Shown here: one piece after another, positions 30,786 through 40,466 of the stretch | Layout of the letters: each line of letters starts with the position of its first letter | Numbering within the stretch: the first letter of the stretch is position 1 | Assembly: GCA_963788655.1 (NCBI GenBank) | Contig: CAWBHS010000039.1 | Coordinates: forward strand, 110,833 to 174,832 | Length of the DNA stretch: 64,000 nt | Direction: 5' to 3' | From: an uncultured Verrucomicrobiae bacterium | Lineage (GTDB): Bacteria > Verrucomicrobiota > Verrucomicrobiia > Limisphaerales > JAFGQR01 | The notes under the pieces: generated by a model | Told to the model about the DNA's origin: nothing | Seen by the model: the letters and a program-made list of their open reading frames with translations, nothing else | The model's database searches: none | Program-made: the position numbers and the translations under genes

Positions 30786-32581
30786 ATGTCTGTTCCGCCT
30801 CCTCAAATCACCACGCTGCGACGGCAACCGATCATCGATTACGTCACCAAGGACTACGAGGGCTACCGCCAGGCGATGCTCAATCAGATTCCGCTGCTGT
30901 TGCCGAATTGGACTGACCGCAGCGAAAGCGATTTCGGCGTCGCGCTGATCGAGTTGTTCGCGTATGTCGCCGACATCCTCAGCTATTACCAGGACCGCGT
31001 GGCCAACGAATCTTACCTAGCCACGGCCACCCAGCGCCGTTCCGTGACCGAACTGCTGCGGCTTATCGATTACCAGATCGATCCCGGTTTGTCCGCGACC
31101 GCTTATCTGCACGGCGAGGTATCGGCGGATGTCACCGTCAACGGCGCCAACCTGCCATATCGGTTGAAAACGGCTGGCGTGCCTGGCGAACCGGATCAGA
31201 ACTTTGAGGTCACCAAAGAATTTTCATTCAAGAAGCTGAACCAGGCCATCGATCTGACCGCACTTTCCGATCTCGCGGCCGGCACCTCGGCCATTGAACT
31301 CGACCAAGCCCAGCACGCGCTGGCCGAAGGCGACGCCGTGTATTTTGAAGAGCAAACTCAATTGCCCGATGGCTCGATCCAAACCCGCCGTTCGCCGATC
31401 CTGAAGGTCGTGCAAATTCAGGCCGCCAGTGCCAACAAGGATGCGATTAGTTGGCTGCCGCCACTGCCCGAGCCCTTCGATCCGGCGCGAACGACGCTGC
31501 AAGGTAACAACGTGATTGCCTCGCACGGCGAAAACGTGTTCGACGAACCGATCTTCGTTGGCGACGGCACGCCCGGTCAGCGGATGACGCTTGTCACGCC
31601 AACCAGTGTCGCATCTGATCAAGCAGGGGCCATTTCAACGGCGCCGATCGCGGCCGGAACTGGACGTTCACGTGGATGGTATTTTGTGGGAGGAAGCGGA
31701 CAACTTCTTTGCGAGCAAGCCATCCGACACGCATTACACGACCACGGTCGATGAGAACAATTATCTCACGATCCATTTCGGCACCGGCGAACGCGGCGCA
31801 GTGCCGCCGGCGGGGGCGCAGGTCAAGGCCACCTATCGCATTGGGCTTGGCAGCCAGGGCAACGTGGGCGCGGACACGCTGACGGTTTTTCTCACCGCGG
31901 TGCCCGAAATTAAGAGCATCACCAATCCCTACAACGCCTCCGGCGGCGCTGACCGGGAAACCACTGAGGAAGCCAAAATCTCCGGGCCGGGCTCGGTGAT
32001 TGCGCAGGACCGTGCGGTGACGTTGCAGGATTACGACTTGCTGGCGAAGGCCTTTCCCGGTGTGGGTAAGGCCCACGCGCGCGTCGGATTGCGCGGTGGT
32101 TACAAAGTGGTGCAGGTTTTCATCGCTACGGAGAATCCCCAGGTGATCCCGCCGCCGGCACCGCCCGCCGAATTGAAAGATGCACTCAAGCAACATCTCG
32201 AAGCGCGCCAACCGGTCAACCGCATGGCCGGCGTGGACGTGCTCGATCCGGTCTGGGTGCCGATTGACGTGACGGTCGATGTGACGGTGAAAGCCGACGC
32301 TAGTCCGCACGAAGTCGAGCAGAACGTGCGCGACGCATTGCGCGAAGTATCTCGGATTCGCCCGGCAGGAATTTGGTCAGGCCGTGCGCGTGGGCGAAAT
32401 CTTCTCGTTGTTATACCAGGTGGAAGGCGCGGCCTATGCGCTCTTGAAACGGCTGGCCCGCAGCGTGCAACCGGCGCAGTCGCACCAGCATGTTTGCGAG
32501 TTTACCGACGTTGCATTGGCGGAGAACGAATTCGCGTATCCGGGTAAATTGGTGGTGAATTTATTTGGCGGCATCCAATGA
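30786..32581 (+). CDS. Baseplate J-like wedge protein (Afp11-like); frameshifts near 31590 and 32350
   Basis: IDYVTKDY, WTDRSESDFG, LSYYQDRVANESYL, GDGTPGQ, YRIGLGSQGNVGA, SGGADRE, DRAVTLQDY. Confidence 0.9.
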
Positions 32582-32614
32582 GCAACTTTCGGCAACGGCA
32601 GAAACTTGAATCGA

Positions 32615-32909
32615 TGAACGGCTCAAAGTTGGAACTGGTTTGGCGTCATATGTTGGCGAATCGCAGCGCTATCCGGCTGCGGTCGTCGACTTCCCCCTCA
32701 CCCCAACCCTCTCCCCCAGAGAGAGGGCGCACGTTCGTCGCCCAGTAGGAGAAGCGAATGCGCTCAAACGCTTCGTGGCCCAAGTGTCGAATCCGAAAGC
32801 AGGCGGTGACGGTTGCAAAGCAATCAACAATCCAAGCCGATTCGACAGCTGTTCCCTCTCCCTGGGGAGAGGGCCAGGGTGAGGGGAAATCCCGGCGCCA
32901 ATCGTTCAA
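32615..32909. repeat. ~290-bp element, family E copy 2
   Basis: Direct repeat of 28911-29203, same start TGAACGGCTCAAAG and same CCCTCTCCC/GGGAGAGGG palindromes. Confidence 0.82.
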
Positions 32910-32985
32910 TAGCTGTCCATTTTTGCAGACCGTTCAAACTCGAAGAGCCCTCCGGCAAAACCCGAGGCTTCCTAAACAGAGCTAA

Positions 32986-34882
32986 ATGAGCAGCCGTTTC
33001 CAGAGCTTCTCTATCGTTACCTGCCTGGTTTGTATCGGGACAAGGACGAAGCCGGTGAATTGCGCCGTTTCCTCGAGATCATGGCGCTGCCGCTGGAGGA
33101 ATTGCAGGCGAGCATCGCACAACTCAATGACGATCTGTTCCTGGAAACATCGAGGGATGCCTTCATCGCCTTCATCGGCGGCGTGATCGGCGTGCAACCG
33201 GATGCCGTCGGCCGTGCCGCGGGTCCAGCGGACGGAAGTGCGCGAAGCGTTTGCTTTTTATCGCAGCAAGGGACTTCAGCCGCCGCTGCAGAGTTACATC
33301 GAACAACTAACCGGCTGGCGGGTTGCGTTGGTGGATTTCTCCCAGCAAGTCGCGCGCGCGCCATTTGTCGAGGCGATGAATCCAGTTTTGGCACGGCGCG
33401 GTCAGTCCGTAGCGGAAGATCCGCCGGGCAGCGGCAATTTCTATTTTCACGAAGACCAATCACCCCAACCGTTGTTCGATGCGGTGTTGGGCCGTCCAAT
33501 TACGCGGGCGGCAATGCTCGGACACGAGAGCGAATTTGCCGGTGTCGAAGGCCGGTTCTCCATTCAGGAACGCGGCAAGGATTTGTTCACTGCGGACAAC
33601 CCGCCAGCGCTTACCGCGGTGACTGCCGATCTGAATGATTTTGCCAATCCCAAGACGCCCGCTGGCGCAGCGCTGGCGCTCCAGCCGAATCAGATCGCCG
33701 TGGACCCCGAACTGGCGCGTTTCCAATTCGGCGGGCCGCCGCCGTTGGCGGGCAATCTCACGGTGGATTTTCAAACGCTCGTGCCAGCTTCGGTGTCGGT
33801 GCAGACGTTCGACATCCGCGATTCATCTCGCATGGAGCAATTGGGCCGCAGTGACGATCCCGCGCCGTACAGTCTCGACTTTCGCACGCCGCGCCAGCCG
33901 ACGGAAAAGATCGGGCGCATGCACTTCGACAATCACGGCCTGTTCCTGACGCTGGGCCAACCGGTGGCCAATCAGAAACCCAACGTCCTGCCGCTCGGTT
34001 CGCAAAGCGGGCATTTCACGTTCGATAACCGGCCTGTCAGCGTCGTCGATACTGAGGGCGTGCCGCTGCAATTAATGGACGACATTGACGGTTCGCCGAT
34101 CACACGTCGCAAGTTCGGCGGACACGAAGCACTTTTCTGCGGAACACCGCGTGGATTTTCCATCCGCATTCGTGGCTCTCGAAATCACTGATGCTGCCTT
34201 TCAGCCTGCGCTCACGGTGCGGGCTGCTGACCTAACGGATTTCACGCAGCCCAAAGATGTCAACGGCGGCGCATTGGCGTTGACGCCAACGGACGTTGCC
34301 GTGGACCCACAGCTTGGACGTTTCGTGCTGGACCTCGCCGCGTTGAATGTCCAGGCCGAAGACGTGCGTGTCGATTACTTGATCGGTCCCAGCCACAATA
34401 TGACAGACGGCAAACCGTCTGCGCTCTCGACCACCGTGCCCGAGGTCTTTGCCTTTTTGGCGGACGGCCGAGTGCTGGGATTGCGCGACGCATTTGACGG
34501 CACACTGGTCACGACGAAGCTGCGATTCGGCTTGGCGTTGACAGATTTTCACGGGGCCGATCGAGGTTGGCGGATTTACCGCAACGGGGTTGAAGCCAGC
34601 GCCACGTTGCCGGCGGAAGCCAAGGCACTCGATGATGTCACCACGCCCGTGTCGCCCGGACACATCGCCATCGATGTCGAGCGTGGGCGTTTCAAATTTC
34701 CCGCCGGCTTTCTGGCGCCCGAGGACGAAGTCACGGTGGATTTCAGCGCCGAAGAAACATTGGGCGAGGAACAAATTCTAAACAGCTTGATCCAGCGGTT
34801 GCCGCGCAGTTTGCCGGCGGGCGTGGTGCCGGTGGTCATCGATACTCGGCGAATGCCGGTGAATCCAGCGAACCTGAGGTGA
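32986..34882 (+). CDS. Baseplate wedge / tail protein I-like protein with internal repeats; frameshifts near 33000, 33200 and 34180
   Basis: LYRYLPGLYRDKD, LRRFL, DDLFLET, YRSKG, LTGW; three IAVDP/VAVDP/IAIDV...RF units; C-terminal LPAGV. Confidence 0.75.
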
Positions 34883-34892
34883 GGAACAAATT

Positions 34893-37715
34893 ATGTCGCG
34901 AGCCATTTCACGCGAGAGTTTCCAGGAACTGAAAAACTATCTCGGCGTCTATTTGCAGCAAGGTCGGGTGATCCTCGACTCGGACTGGAACGAGAGCCAG
35001 GACATCACGTTGTCGGCCTTGCGCCGGTTGAATCGCGAGGCGTTGGGCGAAGGCAGTCCGAATCGCGGCTTCGCCATTGATCCGGCATTCCCGCCGCCGC
35101 CGTCGCTGTTGCTCGGAACCGTGGACACGTCCGGCATGGACCTCAACCAGGCCATCGGCGCGATTGCCGGCGCGTGTTTTGCCGATCTTCTCAGCCTGCT
35201 GTTGTACCTGATTTTTGGTCCGTTGCTGTTCTTCCTCAATTTCCCCGGGCAGAAGCTCGATGACTTCGAGTCACTGGACGGCTTCGCCTTGTCGTCGCCG
35301 CAAGGCAAACTGCGCATCGGCCGGGATCGGCCGTATTCGGGACGCGGGTTTTTGCGGCTGTCGGGCCATGCCGGCACCGTGACGGTGACCAAGACACTGG
35401 CGAACCTAACGGACTTATCGGCGTTCGAACTGGCGACTTTCCGCTACCGGTTGAATCAACAAACGCCCGGGACGATGAAGTTCTTCCTGGAAGACAATAA
35501 CAACAATCGGTCCGTCTGGCTGGTCAGCAATTCGGCGTTTGGCAAAGAAATCTGGTTGTCGGGTTTCGCCTCGCCGCTGGACCTGCACTTTCGGATTCTG
35601 ACACCGGAATTGGCCGGAGCCGTCCAGGGCAAATCCTACAGCCGTGATCTGGCGACCTTCAGCGGCACCACCCCCATGACGTGGGCCCTGGCCAGCGGAG
35701 TATTGCCGCCGGGTATGACGGTGGCGGCGTCCGGCTCGGGCGCCGATTCGAACAAGGGCAAACTCAGCGGCACGCCCAGCGCCTCGGGCACGTTCAATTT
35801 CCGCGTGCGCGTTACCGATGCCACGAATCTCCAGGCGACGCATGATTACACTCTGGTGGTCAAACCTTCGGGTGACGTGCCGCTGGCCGTACCGCATCCG
35901 GCGGAGATCCTGGGCATGATCACCAAATTCGAAACGCCGACGGGCACGCCGGCTGACTTGACGCGGATTCGCCGTTACGGTTTCGAGTTGTATCAGGATC
36001 CGGCGAATCCATTGGTTTGGGACTTGGATGATTTGCGTCTCGGCAGCAGCGCGCTCGAGTCCCAAATGGGCAGCAACAATTTCATCATCCGCGGTTCGGA
36101 GTTTTCGCAGTTCCTCAGCACCATCACGCTGCTGAGTATTTTGCAAAGTTCGAACCTCACTGGAGACGACAGCGGCGGCGGCAGTGGAGATGATTCGAAT
36201 TCGTTTCTGAACATCCTCGACATGCTGAATACGGACTTCCAATTGTCCGAGCCCAGTCTGGACAACGCTGGCCGGCTGTATGTGGCGGGTTACCCGTGTG
36301 CCATTGTCAAAGATACGCTCTACTCCGAGCAAGCCGATCCCAACGACCCGCCACTCTCACCACCGGCTTCGGGCGTCATCCGGAAGGACACCGTGTATCT
36401 CGATGTCTGGAAGGAACCGGTGACGTTTATCGAAGATCCCGAGATCCGCGAAATTGCCTTGGGCGGTCCCGACACGGCCACGCGGTTGCGGGTGCGCTAC
36501 CGCGTGCGCGTCAACCAGGGCGGCCCCGCCCCCACCGGCAATGGCATCGGGCAAGGCACCCTGGCGACCGAGGGTAATTACACTGGTCAGGCCAACCGCT
36601 ATTACCGCGTCGAGATTGATACGCCGGGTGACATCGGCACTGCGACGTTTCGCTGGTCGGAAGACAATGCTTCGACACTGGGCCGCGTGATCGAGGCGAT
36701 TCCGCCGGGCGCAACAAAGGTGGTGTTGGAAGACGCGTCGGCGTTTCACGCGGGCGACTTCATTCTGATTCGAAAGGAATTTGGCGCCGAAGAACATCAA
36801 GTCAGTTCGGTGTTTGGCAACGTGATTACCCTGCAAAGTCCAACCGGCACCCAATTGGCCGCGTTGCCGGCGGCTGCCAAGGTGCCGGACTTTACCACGT
36901 TTTCCATGGACGACCGGCCAATGGTGCAACGCTGGAATGCCTTTCATGTTCCAGTCACAGTCGATCCGGACGACGCGACCATCTCCGCCGCGATTGATTT
37001 GAATGACGGCGTGCAAGTGCGCTTTGGCGGGCGGGCGACGCGGACCGGCGACTTTTGGAACTTTAAGACGCGTTTCCTCGCCGGCGATGAAGCGTCGGGA
37101 CTGAATCCCGAGACGCGCATCGAGGATTTGAGTTTTCAACGCGCCCGCGGCGTGGTGCATCATTACGTGCCGCTGGCTTTGCTCACGCGCGACGGGGATG
37201 CGTTGGACCCGGATCAAATTATCCAAATTGCCGACCGCCGCCAGCGCATTGGCAATGCCAGCACCGCCGCCAAGGCCTTGAAGAAGATCACCGGCCTGAC
37301 CGGCACCGCCACGACGTTTGTGGATGGCCTGGCGCTGCCGCCCATTGCGCCGGACAGCAAGTTGATGGTGTTTCTGGCCGGCGATCTGTTTGTGTCCACT
37401 GGCGCTTTGCCATCGGACAGCCAGCTCACCATCCGTGTTTCCTTTTACAATGACGACATGACCAATCCCGCCACCGAGCCGGACAAGGGCAAGATTCAGG
37501 ACCGTGAAATTAGCATCCCGGTCAATCGCAAGCCGCAAGGGCAGGAAGTGCCGCTCAATCTCCTCTTCGGCAAGAGCGACACGCCGTTCCTTTTCCTGCC
37601 CATCACGATGGTGCCCACGTCGGTGCAGGTCTTTTTCACCTTGAGCAAAACCGGGTTCACGGTTGAAATGGTGAACATGCAGCTTACTGTTTTGGAACTG
37701 AAGAAAAGCTATTAA
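34893..37715 (+). CDS. DUF6519-domain tail fibre-like protein with a large inserted module
   Basis: GVYLQQGRVILDSDWNE; GRLYVAG; VYLDVW...EIALGGPDTATR; YTGQANRYYRVEI; GDFWNF; GVVHHYVPLA. Confidence 0.82.
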   Translation: MSRAISRESFQELKNYLGVYLQQGRVILDSDWNESQDITLSALRRLNREALGEGSPNRGFAIDPAFPPPPSLLLGTVDTSGMDLNQAIGAIAGACFADLLSLLLYLIFGPLLFFLNFPGQKLDDFESLDGFALSSPQGKLRIGRDRPYSGRGFLRLSGHAGTVTVTKTLANLTDLSAFELATFRYRLNQQTPGTMKFFLEDNNNNRSVWLVSNSAFGKEIWLSGFASPLDLHFRILTPELAGAVQGKSYSRDLATFSGTTPMTWALASGVLPPGMTVAASGSGADSNKGKLSGTPSASGTFNFRVRVTDATNLQATHDYTLVVKPSGDVPLAVPHPAEILGMITKFETPTGTPADLTRIRRYGFELYQDPANPLVWDLDDLRLGSSALESQMGSNNFIIRGSEFSQFLSTITLLSILQSSNLTGDDSGGGSGDDSNSFLNILDMLNTDFQLSEPSLDNAGRLYVAGYPCAIVKDTLYSEQADPNDPPLSPPASGVIRKDTVYLDVWKEPVTFIEDPEIREIALGGPDTATRLRVRYRVRVNQGGPAPTGNGIGQGTLATEGNYTGQANRYYRVEIDTPGDIGTATFRWSEDNASTLGRVIEAIPPGATKVVLEDASAFHAGDFILIRKEFGAEEHQVSSVFGNVITLQSPTGTQLAALPAAAKVPDFTTFSMDDRPMVQRWNAFHVPVTVDPDDATISAAIDLNDGVQVRFGGRATRTGDFWNFKTRFLAGDEASGLNPETRIEDLSFQRARGVVHHYVPLALLTRDGDALDPDQIIQIADRRQRIGNASTAAKALKKITGLTGTATTFVDGLALPPIAPDSKLMVFLAGDLFVSTGALPSDSQLTIRVSFYNDDMTNPATEPDKGKIQDREISIPVNRKPQGQEVPLNLLFGKSDTPFLFLPITMVPTSVQVFFTLSKTGFTVEMVNMQLTVLELKKSY

Positions 37716-37719
37716 GTTT

Positions 37720-38301
37720 ATGGGACGATACATTTTTTCCCGACGGGATCTCCATCCGTTGCGCGGCTTGATCGACTCGCCGCTGGGCAGAGCGACCCTG
37801 GGCGCCACGGTGCCGATCAAACAAACCACCACCGCCCCGACGCACCAGGAGACCTCCGAAGTATCCCTGCCGGTGCCCGTGCAAAGCCAGGAGCAACCGG
37901 AAGGGGTGCCGCTGCACGAGATCCTCAGCGCCGTGCAAACCAAGGTGCCTTCGATCAAAGCGCTGGCCGTCCGCGCCGGCAAGCTCGAGATCAGTTACGA
38001 GAAATCGCCCACGGACGAAGAACGTGAACAGGTGGAGCGGGCGTTGACCACCCCGCAAACGTTCGAGCGCGTGCGCATCGCCCGGCCGGCCCTGCTCGCA
38101 GCGCAGCCCTCGGCGGACTTGCTGGATATTCTCACCAATCCAGCCACGTCGGATACGGACTGGTTGAAAGCCTTTCGCCAGTACGCGGTGGCGAATCTTT
38201 TTCCCGCTCGCAGCGGAACGGCCGGCGCACCGTCGGCCCCGTCGGTCACCGCGGCAACCACCAAGGCCAAGGCAAAAACGACTCGCAGCGGCAACACTTG
38301 A
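37720..38301 (+). CDS. Hypothetical eCIS-associated protein
   Basis: 193 aa, tightly packed between the DUF6519 and gp25 genes. Confidence 0.6.
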   Translation: MGRYIFSRRDLHPLRGLIDSPLGRATLGATVPIKQTTTAPTHQETSEVSLPVPVQSQEQPEGVPLHEILSAVQTKVPSIKALAVRAGKLEISYEKSPTDEEREQVERALTTPQTFERVRIARPALLAAQPSADLLDILTNPATSDTDWLKAFRQYAVANLFPARSGTAGAPSAPSVTAATTKAKAKTTRSGNT

Positions 38302-38318
38302 ATCACCCCGCTTGACTC

Positions 38319-39233
38319 ATGCCCCCCGTTCCGCGCTATCTCGGCAACCAGAAGACGAACGAGTTTCACGACCGTTCGCGCGAGAAGCCGCAGTGTCAAT
38401 TGTCCGAGATTACTGCCCATCATCACGAAACATTCTTCACGCCGGACACCTGGGAACAAGCGGTGCGCGAAGGTTTCGAACCGTGTTTCTTTTGCATCGG
38501 CACGTTCGCTGATCTGGCGGGAGGGGCCGGCGGCATCCTGGCTTCGCCGACCGATTTGCGCGGCCAGGATTTGGGCGGTGGACAGGTTTCGCTCGAATGG
38601 ACGCACCCGGACAACATCGTGGCGCAAGGCATCCGGTTCGATGTCTATTCCAGCCCGGACCCGCTGAATCCATTTCGCACATTGCGCGCCGGCAGTGTGA
38701 CGGATACTTCGGTGGTGTTGCCGGGTTTTGCGAGCGGCGGGGATTTGTATTTTACGGTGGTGGCCCGGCGCGGAGGACAATTGAGTTTGCCGTCGGCCAC
38801 GGCGCTGGTCTCCGTGCAACCGATCCGGGATGATGTTGCGGTGACACCCGCGGGCCGCACCGCCAGCGCGCCTTCCGGACTGGGCTTTCCGTTCAAAATC
38901 GACGGCACCGGCAGTGTCTTTGCCCAGGGCGGCGATCCGTTGTTGCGCGGCAAGATTCTGCAATTGCTCCTCACTGCTCCGGGTGAACGCGTGAACTTGC
39001 CGGACTACGGCACGCGGTTGCGCGATCTGGTGTTTGATCCGAACAACGACGTGCTGGCGGCGACCACCGAGTTCATGATCAATCGCGCGCTCCAGAAATT
39101 TCTCGGCGATGAAATCCGCGTGGACAAGGTCCAGGTGAGCAACCAGGAGAACGAACTGGATGTCGATATTGTTTATTTGCGCAAGGCCGATCTGCGCTTG
39201 GAACGAGTGCGTGTGGGCGTGCCGGTGCCGTAA
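38319..39233 (+). CDS. GPW/gp25 (Afp9-like) protein with N-terminal Cys/His and FN3-like domains
   Basis: C-terminal GLGFPF, ILQLLLTAPGERVNLPDYG; N-terminal YLGN...FH...C...GFEPCFFC; SPTDL...VSLEW...YFTVVA. Confidence 0.88.
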   Translation: MPPVPRYLGNQKTNEFHDRSREKPQCQLSEITAHHHETFFTPDTWEQAVREGFEPCFFCIGTFADLAGGAGGILASPTDLRGQDLGGGQVSLEWTHPDNIVAQGIRFDVYSSPDPLNPFRTLRAGSVTDTSVVLPGFASGGDLYFTVVARRGGQLSLPSATALVSVQPIRDDVAVTPAGRTASAPSGLGFPFKIDGTGSVFAQGGDPLLRGKILQLLLTAPGERVNLPDYGTRLRDLVFDPNNDVLAATTEFMINRALQKFLGDEIRVDKVQVSNQENELDVDIVYLRKADLRLERVRVGVPVP

Positions 39234-39245
39234 GGATGTTGTGCC

Positions 39246-39902
39246 ATGGACGAACTCACCGCCCGCTTTATCGAACAGACCTGGAACAAGTATTGGGGCA
39301 AGTACCGCGGCCTTGTCTCCGACAACAACGATCCGCTGCAAGTCGGCCGTTTGAAAGTGCGGGTTCCCAGTCTGCTGGCGGACACCGACACCGGCTGGGC
39401 CTGGCCGGTGGTGCCATACGCGGGAGCGGACATTGGATTATTTTTCATGCCGCAAGTGGGCGACCAGGTTTGGGTCGAGTTCGAAGAAGGCGATTTAAAT
39501 CATCCGCTCTGGACCGGTTGCAGTTGGGCCAAGCCCGGCGGGCAGAGTGAAATTCCCGCCGAGGCCCAACAATCATATCCCAAGAAGCAGGTGCTCAAAA
39601 CGCCCGCCGGCAATCTCATCGTGATCGATGACAGTTCCGGTCAGGAGTCGATCACCATCCGCGCCAAGAACGACGACCTGTGTCAGATCATTTTTGATGC
39701 GGCTTCGAAAAAAGTCACCGTGCAGGCCAGCGAAGTCGTCATTCAAGGTAACCAGATATTTCCGCCGGAAGGATTGGCCACGAAATCATTTGTCGAACAA
39801 GTGTTCAACAATCACACGCACCCGAGCGGCGTGGGGCCGACCGGCCCGCCCATTCCGGTCCCCATTCCGCACGCAGTGACGACGGTGCTGAAAGCGGAGT
39901 AA
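39246..39902 (+). CDS. Baseplate spike (gpV / gp5 OB-fold) with HxH tip motif
   Basis: GKYRGLVSDNNDPLQVGRLKVRVP, MPQVGDQVWVEFEEGD, C-terminal FNNHTHP. Confidence 0.9.
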   Translation: MDELTARFIEQTWNKYWGKYRGLVSDNNDPLQVGRLKVRVPSLLADTDTGWAWPVVPYAGADIGLFFMPQVGDQVWVEFEEGDLNHPLWTGCSWAKPGGQSEIPAEAQQSYPKKQVLKTPAGNLIVIDDSSGQESITIRAKNDDLCQIIFDAASKKVTVQASEVVIQGNQIFPPEGLATKSFVEQVFNNHTHPSGVGPTGPPIPVPIPHAVTTVLKAE

Positions 39903-39904
39903 CC

Positions 39905-40456
39905 ATGCCACTGAATCGCAATTCACTGGGCCAGAGCTTGCAGAACCTGTTTGACGGCGAACCGGAATTCCCTGCGGACGAAGCCGCCGCCGGCAAGCGT
40001 TGGGCCAGTGCCTATCGCGAATACACCACCAATGCGTTGGCAGGCGCAACACGTCCAGTGTCTGCCTCGCTCATCGCGGCGGAAAACCTGTTGGGTAACG
40101 CGTTGGGCAGCGCGTTCACCGCGGCCAAACAAGCCAAGCTGACCGGACTCGCGGTGCTAGCGCCGTTGGTGGACGCTGCGTTTGTGGCCTTCTGGTTCGC
40201 GCCACCGATCGCCTTTGCCAATCCCCCACCGCCAGCGCCGCCGACGATGGCGGGCGTGGTGTCGCTCGCGCCACCGGGAGTATTGGGCGGACTGCTGACC
40301 ACCGCATTCACGGCAGGCGGCGCGCCGGGAATTACCACCGGTCAACAAGCGGACGCCATTGCCACCGCGTTGGATACCTGGACCAAAACCGTGATGGTCA
40401 TCAACACGCCGGTAACGCCACCCGGCCCGCCCACGCCCCCGGTGCCATTGGCGTGA
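39905..40456 (+). CDS. Hypothetical Ala/Pro-rich protein downstream of the spike
   Basis: 183 aa, starts 2 bp after the spike stop, hydrophobic helices. Confidence 0.65.
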   Translation: MPLNRNSLGQSLQNLFDGEPEFPADEAAAGKRWASAYREYTTNALAGATRPVSASLIAAENLLGNALGSAFTAAKQAKLTGLAVLAPLVDAAFVAFWFAPPIAFANPPPPAPPTMAGVVSLAPPGVLGGLLTTAFTAGGAPGITTGQQADAIATALDTWTKTVMVINTPVTPPGPPTPPVPLA

Positions 40457-40466
40457 ACTTAAGATC

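Noticed and set aside
19559..40456. Prophage or T6SS interpretation of the tail genes
   Set aside because: No capsid, portal, terminase, integrase or lysis genes and no TssJLM/ClpV seen; Pvc16, an Afp15-type ATPase and DUF4157 point to eCIS
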